From positions 3,802 through 67,801 of the forward strand of contig DASZQJ010000150.1 of the NCBI GenBank assembly GCA_035549715.1: a stretch of 64,000 nucleotides of DNA. The letters run 5' to 3'. The notes under the pieces are model-generated. The model saw only the letters and a list, made by a program, of their open reading frames with translations. It ran no database searches and was not told the origin of the DNA. Made by a program: the position numbers and the translations under genes. This document shows positions 44,207 through 58,186 of this stretch, one piece after another (the stretch's first letter is position 1; each line of letters opens with the position of its first letter). The stretch is from Burkholderiales bacterium (lineage in GTDB: Bacteria; Pseudomonadota; Gammaproteobacteria; Burkholderiales; JACQAP01).

Positions 44207-44215
44207 GGGTCTGCC

Positions 44216-45343
44216 TCAGAAGCCGCACCAGCGGCGCGTGATCTCCTCGTAGGCCGCCACGGCCTCGCGGATGCGTTCGACCACGCAGTACTCGTCGGTC
44301 TGGTGCGCCATCTGCGCCTCGCCGGGGCCGAGGATGACGGTGGGCGGCGAGTCGTAGGCGACGTTGAGCGCCGCCGCGTCGGTGAAGTAGGTGGCGACGC
44401 GAGGTTCCGGGCGCCCGCCAAGGTAGGGCTGCATCACGTCGAAGACTTCCTGCATCCACGCGTGCCCGGGCTCGGTGTACACCGCCTCCAGGTCGAGGAG
44501 CGTCTCCAGCTCCACCTCGCTGCCCAGAAGGGACTGCAACTCCTCGCGCAGCTTCGCGTGGTTCACGGTGGGCACCGTGCGGATGTCCAGCGCCATCACG
44601 GCTTCGTCGGGCACGGAATTGATGTTGAGCCCGCCATGGATGGTGCCGACGTTCAGGGTCGCCTGGCCCATCAGCGGATGCGGCGGATTGCCGAAGCGGA
44701 ACTTCTCCAGCCTCGCGAGCGCGTGGGCGGCCTTGAACACCGCGTTCACCCCCTTCTCCGGCATCGAGCCGTGCGCGGTCACCCCGCGGGTGCGGGCCTG
44801 CAGCCAGAACGCGCCCTTGTGGCCGACGAAGGGAAAGTTCGAACTCGGCTCCGCGACCACGACGGCGCCCGCCCTGCCGAGCGCACCGGATTTGCGCGAC
44901 AGGTGGAAAGCGCCCTGGCAGCCGGTTTCCTCGCCGGCGGTGATCACGAGCTCCAGGCCGGCCGACCGGGGCAGCCTGTCCGCCAGGCGCAGCGAGGAGG
45001 CGACGAAGGCCGCCACGCCGGACTTCATGTCGCTGATGCCGCGTCCATACATGCGGCCGCCATCGGTGTCGGCTGCGAACGGATCCATGGTCCATTTCGC
45101 CGCGCCCAGGGGCACGGTGTCGATGTGGCCCGTGAAGCACAGCGGCTTCCTGTCGCCATTGCCGCCGATGGTCGCGACCAGGCTCGGGCGTCCCGGCGCG
45201 AGTTCGTGGTAGCGGGTCCGGAAGCCGGCGTCCTCCAGCAGCCCGCCGATGTGCCGCGCGCAGGCCTCCTCCGCCCCCGGGGGATTGATGGTGTTCATGC
45301 GCACCAGCTGCTTGCTCAGTTCGACGGCATCGATGGTTGCCAC
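44216..45343 (-). CDS. M20 ArgE/DapE-like metallo-deacylase
   Basis: GTG 45343 with GAAGGAG SD; ligands 'GHIDTVP', 'GRGISDMK', 'GEE', 'VAEP', 'AHQTDE'. Confidence 0.9.
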   Translation of the reverse strand: MATIDAVELSKQLVRMNTINPPGAEEACARHIGGLLEDAGFRTRYHELAPGRPSLVATIGGNGDRKPLCFTGHIDTVPLGAAKWTMDPFAADTDGGRMYGRGISDMKSGVAAFVASSLRLADRLPRSAGLELVITAGEETGCQGAFHLSRKSGALGRAGAVVVAEPSSNFPFVGHKGAFWLQARTRGVTAHGSMPEKGVNAVFKAAHALARLEKFRFGNPPHPLMGQATLNVGTIHGGLNINSVPDEAVMALDIRTVPTVNHAKLREELQSLLGSEVELETLLDLEAVYTEPGHAWMQEVFDVMQPYLGGRPEPRVATYFTDAAALNVAYDSPPTVILGPGEAQMAHQTDEYCVVERIREAVAAYEEITRRWCGF

Positions 45344-45353
45344 GTTTGCTCCT

Positions 45354-46079
45354 TCAACCTGCCTGCGAACGGCCGAAATAGGCCGCGCGGACCTCGTCAT
45401 TCTCGCGCAGTTGCGCGGCGGTGCCCGCCGCGACGACGCGCCCCTGGGACAGGACATAGCCTGCGTGCGCGATGGCGAGCGTCTGGCGCACGTTCTGCTC
45501 CACCAGCAGCACCGTGACGCCGCTATCGGCCACGCGGCGAATCACGTTGAAATTCTCGCGCACATAAAGCGGGGAAAGTCCCAGTGAAGGTTCGTCGAAG
45601 ATGAGCAGCGACGGCGCCGCCATCAGGCCGCGTCCGATGGACAGCATCGCCTGCTCCCCCCCGGACATGGTACCCGCAAGCTGCCTGGCACGTTCCTTCA
45701 GGCGCGGGAAGGTCGAAAACACCTGCGCCATGCGTGCCTCGATCACGCTGGCGTCGGCTTCCCGATAGGCGCCCATGCGCAGATTCTCGACCACGTTCAT
45801 GCGCGCGAACACGCGCCTGCCCTCGGGGATGCAGGCGATGCCACGACGCACGATCTCGTGCGTGGGTCGCCCGGTGATCTCCACCCCCTGGTGCAGGACG
45901 CGCCCCGCGCGCGGGGGGGTGAGCGAAAGGATGGCCCGGATCAACGTCGTCTTGCCGGCCCCGTTTGCGCCCAGGATGCAGGTGATCCGGCCGGCCTGGG
46001 CCTCGAGGTCAACGCCATGCAGCACGTCGGCGCGGTCATAGGCGGCATGCACCTGCTCCAGCTGCAGCACCGGCGCCAC
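45354..46079 (-). CDS. Liv-type ABC ATPase (LivF-like)
   Basis: 'GANGAGKTT', 'IPEGRRVF', 'MSGGEQAML', 'DEPSLGL', 'LVEQN'. Confidence 0.92.
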   Translation of the reverse strand: MAPVLQLEQVHAAYDRADVLHGVDLEAQAGRITCILGANGAGKTTLIRAILSLTPPRAGRVLHQGVEITGRPTHEIVRRGIACIPEGRRVFARMNVVENLRMGAYREADASVIEARMAQVFSTFPRLKERARQLAGTMSGGEQAMLSIGRGLMAAPSLLIFDEPSLGLSPLYVRENFNVIRRVADSGVTVLLVEQNVRQTLAIAHAGYVLSQGRVVAAGTAAQLRENDEVRAAYFGRSQAG

Positions 46080-46080
46080 C

Positions 46081-46857
46081 TCAGTCCTCCCCCAGATAGG
46101 CCTGGCGCACGCGCGCGTGCGCCGCCACTTCCCGGAAACCGCCCTCGGCGATCTTCTCGCCGTAACTGAGCACCACGCAGCGCTGCGTGACGCGCTCGAT
46201 CAGGCCCATCTCGTGCTCGATCAGGATCACCGCCAGCTCGGGCATGCGCTCACGCACGGCGAGCAGGTCATCCATGAACTCCCGCGTCTCATCATGGGTC
46301 ATGCCGGCCGACGGCTCGTCCAGCAGCAGGATCCGGGGCCGCCCGATCAGCGCGCGACAGACTTCGACGCGACGGCGGTCGATCATCGTGAGCGAGGCGG
46401 CGGCCTCGAACAACCGGGCCGCCAGCGACGGGCTGAAGGCGGCGAGCAGCTGTCGTGCGGCCTCGACACCCTCGTCATGCTGCCGGCGCAGGCGGTCGCG
46501 GCGCACGAGGTTGGTCCACAGCCCGAGGTCGAGCTGGCGGTGGTTGCCGATCATCAGGTTGTCGAACACGGTCAGCGGCAGGCACAGCCTCGAGCGCTGG
46601 AACGTGCGCGCCACGCCCGCGGCGCACACCGCGCCTGGCGCGGCGCCTGTAATGTCGACATCACCCACGGCAACCCGCCCGGCGGCGGGGCGGACCAGGC
46701 CGGTGACGCAGTTGAAGAAGGTCGTCTTGCCTGAACCATTGGGGCCGATCAGTCCGAGCAGTTCGCCGGCCTCGAGCGAGAGCTCGAGCGCATCGAGCGC
46801 AGTCAGCCCGCCGAATTTCACGGTGAGCGCCCGCGCCGAGAGGACCGGGGCCGTCAC
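46081..46857 (-). CDS. Liv-type ABC ATPase (LivG-like)
   Basis: GTG 46857 overlapping the permease stop; 'GPNGSGKTT', 'LDEPSAG', 'IEHEM', 'AYLGED'. Confidence 0.92.
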   Translation of the reverse strand: MTAPVLSARALTVKFGGLTALDALELSLEAGELLGLIGPNGSGKTTFFNCVTGLVRPAAGRVAVGDVDITGAAPGAVCAAGVARTFQRSRLCLPLTVFDNLMIGNHRQLDLGLWTNLVRRDRLRRQHDEGVEAARQLLAAFSPSLAARLFEAAASLTMIDRRRVEVCRALIGRPRILLLDEPSAGMTHDETREFMDDLLAVRERMPELAVILIEHEMGLIERVTQRCVVLSYGEKIAEGGFREVAAHARVRQAYLGED

Positions 46858-48011
46858 GCGGACTTCCCTGGGACGAAGTAGGTGCGCAGCGGTCGCGGCA
46901 GCAGGCCTTGCGGCCGGAACAGCAGGATGCCGATGACCAGCAGCGCATACAGCAGGAAGCGGTACTCCTGGATCACCTGCAGCTTCTCGGGCAGCACCAG
47001 CAGCAGCAGCGCGGCGGGCAGCACGCCGAAGGCGTTGCCGAGCCCGCCCAGGATCACGATCGAAACCAGGATCAGCGAATCGCCGAACGTGAAATTGTTG
47101 GGCGCGATGAAGCCGGTCATCATGGCGTAGACGGAACCGGCCATGCCGGCCAGGAAGTTGCCGAGGGTAAAGACGAAAATCTTCCAGCGCGCCACGGCGA
47201 TGCCGAATACCGCTGCGGCAGTTTCGTCCAGCCGCACGGCGTCGAGCGACAAGCCAAGCCAGGAACGCTCCATCCGCCGCACCAGGACGAAGGAGAAAGC
47301 CGCCAGGAGGATCGACAGCGCTGCGTAGGCGAGGTAGAACGACGCCTCGACGCCCGCGCCGAGCACGATGGGGTCGTTGAACGACCAGCCGAACAACGTC
47401 ATGGGCGCCACCTTCAGGCCCTGCGGTCCGCCGAGCGTGTCGTTGACCTCGAGGAAGGTCTTGAACAGGATCCCGAAGGCGATGGTTATGAGCGCGGCGT
47501 AGTGCCCGCGGGTGCGCAGCATCGGCAGGATGAGGATCGAGCCGAGCAGCGCGGCGGCGACGCCCGCAGCGGGAATGATCAGCAGCGGTGGCAGCGGAGT
47601 GTGCGCACCCAGCACCGCGGTGGCATAGCAACCGATGCCGAAAAAGGCGGCGCCGGCGAAATTCACCACGCCGGCGTGGCCGAACTGGAGGGTGAGCCCG
47701 AGGCAAACCGTCACATAGAGCGCGACCGTTGCGAGCATGAGCAGGGCGAAGTGGGCGTCGTACAGCAGGCCGGCGGCCACGGCCGGCACGGCCAGCGACA
47801 GCGCGAAGGCCCGGCGCGGTTGCGCCCGGGCGGCGGCTTCAATGCGCGCCGTCGCCCCGGTCAGGCGGAAGGCAACGAGCACCGCGACCGCACCGGCGCC
47901 CAGCGCGGCAATCTCCCATTGCCGCTCGATCTCCAGGAGCAGCACCGGAAAAGCGATGCCGGCAGCCAGCGCCAGCATGACGGCGATGCCGGTCTTCATG
48001 CAGCCGCTCAT
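46854..48011 (-). CDS. Liv-type ABC permease (LivM-like)
   Basis: 'FGIGCY', 'GGPQG', 'ILGGLGN', 'RPQGL'. Confidence 0.9.
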   Translation of the reverse strand: MSGCMKTGIAVMLALAAGIAFPVLLLEIERQWEIAALGAGAVAVLVAFRLTGATARIEAAARAQPRRAFALSLAVPAVAAGLLYDAHFALLMLATVALYVTVCLGLTLQFGHAGVVNFAGAAFFGIGCYATAVLGAHTPLPPLLIIPAAGVAAALLGSILILPMLRTRGHYAALITIAFGILFKTFLEVNDTLGGPQGLKVAPMTLFGWSFNDPIVLGAGVEASFYLAYAALSILLAAFSFVLVRRMERSWLGLSLDAVRLDETAAAVFGIAVARWKIFVFTLGNFLAGMAGSVYAMMTGFIAPNNFTFGDSLILVSIVILGGLGNAFGVLPAALLLLVLPEKLQVIQEYRFLLYALLVIGILLFRPQGLLPRPLRTYFVPGKSA

Positions 48012-48014
48012 CGC

Positions 48015-48932
48015 CTAGACGCGCTCCACGGATTTCTCGGCGATCAGGCCGGTGGGCTTCCAGGCCATGATCAGGATGACGGCGGCGAAGGCGAACACGT
48101 CCTTGTAAGCGGGGACCGAGAACCAGACCGCGCCGGCGGTCTGCAGAAGGGCGAACAGGAACCCGCCCAGGATGGCGCCGTAGACGTTGCCCAGGCCGCC
48201 CACCACGGCAGCCGAGAAGCCGATCACGCCCAGCAGCAGTCCCATGCCGAAGTTGATCTCGTTGTAGTAAAGCCCGTTGGTCACGCCCGCCAGCGCCGCC
48301 AGCGCCGATCCCAGCGCGAAGGTGAGCATCACCACCCGCTCGAAATTGACGCCCATGACGCGCGCCGTTTCAGGATCCTGGGCGACGGCGCGGATGGCGA
48401 GCCCGAGCCGGGTGCGGGTGATGAGCAGGTGCACGGCAACGATCGCCAGGATGCCGGTGGCGAGCAGGATCAGGCTGTCGGCGCGCAGGGAGAAATTCCC
48501 CATCGCGTACGCGTCCGTCGGCAGCAGTTGCGGAAAAGGCTTGGGATTGGATCCGTTCGGATAGAAAAGGCGCACGGCTTCGCGCAGCGCCAGCCCCAGC
48601 ATCAGGGTGATGAGCAGCGTGTTGAGCGGCGGGCTGCGCCGCAACGGCAGCACCAGGAAGCGCGCGATTGCCGCGCCGAGGACCGCCGTCACCGCCAGCG
48701 CCGCCAGGCAGGCGCCCGCGAGCAGGGCGATGCTGGATTCGACGCCCGCATGCCGCAGGCCCGCGTAGGAGGCCAGGGCGGCGAAGGCCCCGGCCATGAC
48801 CACGTCGCCATGGGAAAACTTGATGACGTCGAGCACGCCGAAAAACAGCGTGAAGCCGACGGCGACCATGGCGTAGATCACGCCGAGCATCAGGCCGTTG
48901 AGGATGAACTGGCCTGCGAGTCCGGGATCCAT
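48015..48932 (-). CDS. Liv-type ABC permease (LivH-like)
   Basis: 'QFILNGLMLGVIYAMVAVG', 'AVAQD', 'VVGGLGN', 'KPTGL'. Confidence 0.92.
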   Translation of the reverse strand: MDPGLAGQFILNGLMLGVIYAMVAVGFTLFFGVLDVIKFSHGDVVMAGAFAALASYAGLRHAGVESSIALLAGACLAALAVTAVLGAAIARFLVLPLRRSPPLNTLLITLMLGLALREAVRLFYPNGSNPKPFPQLLPTDAYAMGNFSLRADSLILLATGILAIVAVHLLITRTRLGLAIRAVAQDPETARVMGVNFERVVMLTFALGSALAALAGVTNGLYYNEINFGMGLLLGVIGFSAAVVGGLGNVYGAILGGFLFALLQTAGAVWFSVPAYKDVFAFAAVILIMAWKPTGLIAEKSVERV

Positions 48933-48942
48933 CAGCCGGGAT

Positions 48943-50100
48943 TCAGGGCCTGGGCAGCTTGCGCTTGCCCCGGGCGTACTCGCTGTCCTCCCAGACCATC
49001 CACTTGCCGTCCTGGACGACGAACTTGGTGATCAGGGGCACGGTGTTCTGTCCGTGGTCGTCGAACGTGATCGGGCCGACGATGGACTGGTGATCACGGG
49101 TCGCGTTGAGTTCGCGCATGATTTTCCTGCGGTCCGGGCCGACCTTCTCCACCGCGTCTATGATCAGGTTGGCCGCCGCATAGGCGAACGCGCCGTAGGC
49201 TTCGGGCGGATCCGCGTAGTTCTGCCTTGCATACTGCTCCAGGAAGGCCTTGCCGCCCGGCAGCTTTTCCGCCGGCGCGCCTTCCCTGAAGGCGAGCGTG
49301 CCTTCGGCGAGCGGGCCGAGTCCCTCGATGAAGGCATCGGAAACGATGCCCGAGGTGCCCTGGAACACGGCCTTGATCCCGAGCTTCTCCATCTGCGATC
49401 GGATGCGCACGCCGATCGGCGTGAGCCCGCCGAAGTAGATGACCTCGGGTTTGAGTTCCTTGATCTTGGTGAGCTCGGCATTGAAGTCCTGCTGGTCCGC
49501 GGTCACGCCGAACGTGCCGACGATCGTGCCGCCGAGGCCGGCGATGTCCTCGGAGAAGTACCTGTTGTGGCCCTTGCCGTAGTCGGTCGTGTCGTGAATC
49601 ACCACCCACCTGCGGTATTTCAGGCCCGCCATGAACTTCGCCGCGACGTCGTTCTGGTTGATCATGGTGCCGTTCACGCGATGCACCTCGTCGTAGTCGT
49701 GCGCGTAGGTCACGTCGGGCAACACCGCGCCCCAGATCACCACCGGCAGGCCGAACTTGTGGTAGACGTCGACCGTGCCCATCGCGACGGCAGAACAATA
49801 GTGGGTGACGCCGGCAACGATCTTGCGGTCGGCCGCCGCCTTGGTTGCCACCTGCACGCCGATGTTGGGCTTGCATTCGTCGTCGAGGACGACGAGCTGG
49901 TACTCGTACCGGGTGACGGGGTCGGCATTGCGCACGCGCACCGCCAGGTCGGCGGAGTTGCGGCCGCCGAGGCCGTTGGCGGAGACGCCGCCAGTGAGCG
50001 GGCCGATGAAGGCGATGCTCACCTTGTCCTTGGCCAGCGCGCCGGCGGCCGCCAGCAGCAGCGGCAACAGGGCAAGCAGGCGGATCAGCGATGATGTCAT
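48943..50100 (-). CDS. Liv-type (HAAT) periplasmic substrate-binding protein
   Basis: ATG 50100, signal peptide; 'GPLTG', 'DDECKP', 'THYCS', 'HDTTDYGKG', 'GPITFD'. Confidence 0.92.
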   Translation of the reverse strand: MTSSLIRLLALLPLLLAAAGALAKDKVSIAFIGPLTGGVSANGLGGRNSADLAVRVRNADPVTRYEYQLVVLDDECKPNIGVQVATKAAADRKIVAGVTHYCSAVAMGTVDVYHKFGLPVVIWGAVLPDVTYAHDYDEVHRVNGTMINQNDVAAKFMAGLKYRRWVVIHDTTDYGKGHNRYFSEDIAGLGGTIVGTFGVTADQQDFNAELTKIKELKPEVIYFGGLTPIGVRIRSQMEKLGIKAVFQGTSGIVSDAFIEGLGPLAEGTLAFREGAPAEKLPGGKAFLEQYARQNYADPPEAYGAFAYAAANLIIDAVEKVGPDRRKIMRELNATRDHQSIVGPITFDDHGQNTVPLITKFVVQDGKWMVWEDSEYARGKRKLPRP

Positions 50101-50128
50101 GCGAACCTCGCGCAAATCGGATGTGGCG

Positions 50129-50157
50129 AGCGTATTGAGTGCCTTCGGGCTTGTCAA
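50129..50157 (-). promoter_or_regulatory. Sigma70 promoter of the liv-M20-mdcDE-matB operon
   Basis: TTGACA (50157-52)-17 nt-TACGCT (50134-29), just downstream of the atp terminator. Confidence 0.7.
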
Positions 50158-50173
50158 CGCGCCGGCGCCGGAC

Positions 50174-50203
50174 AAAAAAAAAGCGGCCGGCGGCCGCTCT
50201 TTT
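50174..50203 (-). terminator. Intrinsic terminator of the atp operon
   Basis: AGCGGCC/GGCCGCT stem followed by nine T on the minus strand. Confidence 0.85.
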
Positions 50204-50220
50204 CCCCTGGATGGAACTGC

Positions 50221-50640
50221 TTATTTTCGGCGCAGCTTGCGGATCGCCGCGAGCTGGGCGGCGAGCATCGAAAGCTCGGCCTCCACCGTGGCAATTTCCT
50301 TCTTGTCGGTGGCGCTGCGCAGGGCTTCCTCGGCGCGCTTCTGCGCCTCCAGGGCCTTGGCTTCGTCCAGGTCGTGGCCGCGGATCGCGGTGTCGGCCAG
50401 CACGGTGACCATTGCCGGCTGGACTTCAAGGATTCCGCCTGCGACGAAGATGAGGTTCTCCTCCCCGCCGCCGGCAGGCTTGATGCGCACGGCGCCGGGC
50501 TTGATGCGGGTGATCAGTGGCGTGTGGCGCGGGTAGATGCCGAGCTCGCCGGCTTCGCCGGGGAGCACGACGAACTCCGCTTCGCCGGAGTAGATCTGCT
50601 CTTCGGCGCTGACGACGTCGACGTGGATGGAGTTGGCCAT
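50221..50640 (-). CDS. atpC: ATP synthase epsilon
   Basis: ATG 50640 '[13 protein letters not shown]', '[12 protein letters not shown]'. Confidence 0.97.
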   Translation of the reverse strand: MANSIHVDVVSAEEQIYSGEAEFVVLPGEAGELGIYPRHTPLITRIKPGAVRIKPAGGGEENLIFVAGGILEVQPAMVTVLADTAIRGHDLDEAKALEAQKRAEEALRSATDKKEIATVEAELSMLAAQLAAIRKLRRK

Positions 50641-50654
50641 GTTGTGTCTTGCGC

Positions 50655-52118
<1,464 letters not shown>

Positions 52119-52982
52119 TCAGACCGCCGCCGCGCCGGCGACGATCTCGGACAGTTCCTTGGTGATCGAGGCCTGGCGGCTCTTGTTGTAAACCAGCGTC
52201 AGTTCCTCGATCAGCTTGCCCGCGTTGTCGGAGGCGGATTTCATCGCCACCATGCGCGCGGACTGCTCGGAAGCCATGTTCTCGGACACGGCCTGGAAAA
52301 TGACGGCTTCGACATAGCGGGTGAGCACCTGGTCGAGCACCACCTTCGCGTCGGGCTCGTAGATGTAGTCCCAGGAGCCCTCCGGGGAGCCGAGCCTGTC
52401 GCCCGACAGCGGCAGCAGCTGCTCCATCACCGGCTCCTGCTTCATGGTGTTCAGGAACCGGGTGTAGAACAGGACGACCCGGTCGAAGCGGTCCTGGGTG
52501 TAGCCATCCAGCATCAGCTTCACGGCGCCGATCAGGTTTTCCAGGCGCGGGCGGTCACCCAGGCCCGTGGCCTGCGACACGATGTTCGCGCCCAGGCGCT
52601 GCATGAAGCCCAGCCCCTTGTTGCCGATGCAGCAGACGTCGATCTCCTCCCCCTCGGCCTGCCACTGCTTGTACTGGTTGAGCACCATGCGCAGCACGTT
52701 GGTGTTGAGGCCCCCGCACAGACCCTTGTCCGTGGTCACGACGATGATGCCGACGCGCTTGACGGAGTCGCGCTCGACGAGGAAGGGGTGGCGGTATTCC
52801 GGGTTCGCGTGCGAGATGTGGGCGGCGACGTTGCGGATCTTCTCGCCATAGGGACGGGCCGCGCGCATGCGCTCCTGCGCCTTGCGCATCTTGGACGCGG
52901 CGACCATTTCCATCGCCTTGGTGATCTTGCGAGTGTTCTGGACACTCTTGATCTTGGTGCGTATCTCTTTTGTGCCTGGCAT
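52119..52982 (-). CDS. atpG: ATP synthase gamma
   Basis: '[13 protein letters not shown]', 'DKGLCGGLN', 'RQASITKE'. Confidence 0.99.
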   Translation of the reverse strand: MPGTKEIRTKIKSVQNTRKITKAMEMVAASKMRKAQERMRAARPYGEKIRNVAAHISHANPEYRHPFLVERDSVKRVGIIVVTTDKGLCGGLNTNVLRMVLNQYKQWQAEGEEIDVCCIGNKGLGFMQRLGANIVSQATGLGDRPRLENLIGAVKLMLDGYTQDRFDRVVLFYTRFLNTMKQEPVMEQLLPLSGDRLGSPEGSWDYIYEPDAKVVLDQVLTRYVEAVIFQAVSENMASEQSARMVAMKSASDNAGKLIEELTLVYNKSRQASITKELSEIVAGAAAV

Positions 52983-53019
52983 GTCTTGCCCTTAAGGACG
53001 GATCGCCGTCGCCTGCCGC

Positions 53020-54561
<1,542 letters not shown>

Positions 54562-54573
54562 GGGTCAGTGCTC

Positions 54574-55110
54574 CTATTTCGTGAGGGTCGCGGCCATGCT
54601 CTGCAGCTTGCCGCGGACCGAGGCATCCCAAACCTTGTCGCCCACCTCGACCTTGACGCCGCCGATCAGCTCGGGGTCGACGGTCACGGTGGCGTTGATC
54701 TTGCGCTTGAAACGCGTGGACAGCAGGTTCACCACCTGGTCGCGCTGCGCGTCGTCCATCGGGAAGGCGGAGCTGATCTTCGCGTCCACCTTGCCCTCGT
54801 CCTGGAGGCGCAGGCCTTCGAACAGGTCGCGGATCTCGCCGATCACCGGCAGGCGGCGGTTGTGCATCAGCAGCTGGACGAAGTTCTTCGCGTCGGCGCC
54901 GATCCGGTCGCCGCAGATGGCGAGCAGCAGGCGCTCGACCTCGGCGGCGGTGATTTTCGGGTTGGCCATGGCCGCCTGCATCTGGGGGTCATGGTAGACC
55001 GCGGACAGCAGCTCGAGCTGGTCGGACCAGGCCGGCAGCGCGTTCGTCTGCTTGGCCAGCCGGAACACGGCTTCGGCGTACGGGCGGGCGATGGTTGCGA
55101 GTTCGGCCAT
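54574..55110 (-). CDS. atpH: ATP synthase delta
   Basis: 'ATIARPYAEA', 'LIGGV'. Confidence 0.97.
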   Translation of the reverse strand: MAELATIARPYAEAVFRLAKQTNALPAWSDQLELLSAVYHDPQMQAAMANPKITAAEVERLLLAICGDRIGADAKNFVQLLMHNRRLPVIGEIRDLFEGLRLQDEGKVDAKISSAFPMDDAQRDQVVNLLSTRFKRKINATVTVDPELIGGVKVEVGDKVWDASVRGKLQSMAATLTK

Positions 55111-55131
55111 GGTTGATCCGGTTGGGCTCGC

Positions 55132-55605
55132 TTACTTGAATTCGGCTTCCAGGCCGGACAGCAGCTGGGCGTGGGCCTTGGCGTCGACTTCGCGCTTGAG
55201 GATCTTCTCGGCGCCGGTCACCGCCAGCACGGCCACCTGGGCCCGCAGCGATTCCTTGGCGCGGAAGACTTCCTGCTCGATCTCGGCCTTGGCCGAGGCG
55301 ACGATGCGGTCGGCTTCGGCCTTGGCGGCCGCCTTGGCTTCCTCGACCACGGCCGCGCCGCGCTTTTCCGCCTGGGAAATGATGTCGCTCGCCTGGGTGC
55401 GGGCGCGCTGCAGCTCTTCCGCGGCGCGCTTGGCGGCAAGCTCCAGATCCTGCTTGCCGCGTTCCGCGGCCGCGAGACCTTCGGCGATCTGCTTCTGGCG
55501 CGCTTCGATGGCCCGGAGCAGCGGCGGCCACACGAATTTCATCGTGAACCAGATGAACAGGAAGAACGCCACACCCTGGGCGATCATCGTGAGATTCAGA
55601 TTCAT
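55132..55605 (-). CDS. atpF: ATP synthase subunit b
   Basis: ATG 55605 '[10 protein letters not shown]', 'KFVWPP', coiled coil. Confidence 0.97.
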   Translation of the reverse strand: MNLNLTMIAQGVAFFLFIWFTMKFVWPPLLRAIEARQKQIAEGLAAAERGKQDLELAAKRAAEELQRARTQASDIISQAEKRGAAVVEEAKAAAKAEADRIVASAKAEIEQEVFRAKESLRAQVAVLAVTGAEKILKREVDAKAHAQLLSGLEAEFK

Positions 55606-55639
55606 AGTCCTCTCCCCTTGGCCGGGAAGCTCGCGCTGG

Positions 55640-56794
<1,155 letters not shown>

Positions 56795-57181
56795 TCAGTC
56801 GCGCTTTTCGCGGATGAAGAAGGCGAGGCTGGATACCAGCACCGTCGCGATAAACGTCCCGATCAAAACTGCGGCAACCACCTTGCTGTAAAGCGCCAGC
56901 ACCAGCCAAAGCGCTGCCACTATGAACACGATCTTCGCGCCTTCGGCCTTCAGCGCCGTCAGCACAACGTCTTCCGCCGAGCTGCCCCGGCGCGGCACCG
57001 CGATCGAGGCGAACAGCACGCCTGCCGCCATGCTGATCGCGCCGCCGAGGGCCGCCGAAAGCGCCCCGTGAATGCCCGACGGTGCCGCGGCCAGCGCGAT
57101 GGCCGTCCCCGTCACCAGGGCCTGCCAGAGGAGAACGACGCGAAACGGTCGCCTCGTCCAGGCGGATTGCAGTGATGCCAT
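56795..57181 (-). CDS. atpI: ATP synthase protein I
   Basis: Four hydrophobic segments, 'AEGAKI'; first gene of the atp operon; probable ATG 57181. Confidence 0.85.
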   Translation of the reverse strand: MASLQSAWTRRPFRVVLLWQALVTGTAIALAAAPSGIHGALSAALGGAISMAAGVLFASIAVPRRGSSAEDVVLTALKAEGAKIVFIVAALWLVLALYSKVVAAVLIGTFIATVLVSSLAFFIREKRD

Positions 57182-57254
57182 GCGCGGCGAAATCCTGATG
57201 CCTGGCCCGAACCCGGTTACATCCGCCCGCATCCGGCCGTTGCAAAACCGGCGG

Positions 57255-57284
57255 ATTCTAACCGGGCCCGCATTTGACGGTCAA
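57255..57284 (-). promoter_or_regulatory. Sigma70 promoter of the atp operon
   Basis: TTGACC (57284-79)-18 nt-TAGAAT (57260-55). Confidence 0.6.
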
Positions 57285-57320
57285 CGCTGGACACGGCAAT
57301 TCGCGCCAAAACCACGGCCT

Positions 57321-58178
57321 TCAGGCCCCGCCCCGCAGCCGCGCGAGGATCTCATCGAGCTGGTCGAGGCTGCTGTAGCCGATGGTGAGCTTGCCTTTGC
57401 CGCCCCGCGACGCCTGGATGGAGACGACCGCCCCCAGCGTCTGCGCGAGCTCTTCCTCCAGCGCCTGCAGGTCCCGGTCCTTTTTTTGCCGCCGGGGCAT
57501 CTTGCCGGTGCCGATCTCCCCGCGGGCGACAAGCTGCTCCGTTTCGCGTACTGAAAGCGCGCGGGTGATGATCTGGTGCGCCAGGTCTGCCTGGCGCGCG
57601 GGACTCACCGCGAGCAGGGCGCGCGCGTGCCCCATTTCCAGCTTGCCCTGCATGAGCAGCTCCTGGACCGCCTGGCTGAGGTTGAGCAGCCGCAGCAGGT
57701 TGGAAACGGCGCTGCGCGAGCGCCCCACCGCCTGTGCCGCGGCGTCGTGGGTCATCTGGAACTCGTCGACCAGGCGCAGGAGGCCGCGGGCCTCCTCGAG
57801 GGGGTTGAGGTCCTCGCGCTGGATGTTCTCGATGAGCGCCATGGCCAGCGCGGCCTGGTCCGGCACGTCGCGGATGACCACCGGCACTTCGGTCAGGCCG
57901 GCAAGCTGCGCCGCCCGCCAGCGGCGCTCGCCCGCGATGATCTCGTAGCGGCCGCCGTCGATCTGGCGGACCAGGATCGGCTGGATGAGGCCCTGCGCCT
58001 TGATGGAGTCCGCGAGCTCGGCGATGGACTCCGGGTCCATGCGGCTGCGGGGCTGGTAGCGCCCGGGGCGCAGCAGGCCGACGGGCAGTTGCCCGAGCGT
58101 GTCCTCCTTGCGCTCGTTGTCGTCGTTGCCGGCGAGCAGGGCGTCGAGGCCGCGGCCGAGTCCTTTGAGTTTTGCCAT
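57321..58178 (-). CDS. parB: Chromosome partitioning protein ParB
   Basis: ATG 58178 'KGLGRGLDALL', 'QPR', 'IIAGERRWRA', 'IENIQREDLNPLEEA'. Confidence 0.98.
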   Translation of the reverse strand: MAKLKGLGRGLDALLAGNDDNERKEDTLGQLPVGLLRPGRYQPRSRMDPESIAELADSIKAQGLIQPILVRQIDGGRYEIIAGERRWRAAQLAGLTEVPVVIRDVPDQAALAMALIENIQREDLNPLEEARGLLRLVDEFQMTHDAAAQAVGRSRSAVSNLLRLLNLSQAVQELLMQGKLEMGHARALLAVSPARQADLAHQIITRALSVRETEQLVARGEIGTGKMPRRQKKDRDLQALEEELAQTLGAVVSIQASRGGKGKLTIGYSSLDQLDEILARLRGGA

Positions 58179-58186
58179 GTCGGTTC

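Noticed and set aside
57274-57284. FNR box at the atp promoter (TTGACGGTCAA)
   Set aside because: The spacer is 1 nt, not the 4 nt of TTGAT-N4-ATCAA; one half is simply the -35 element.
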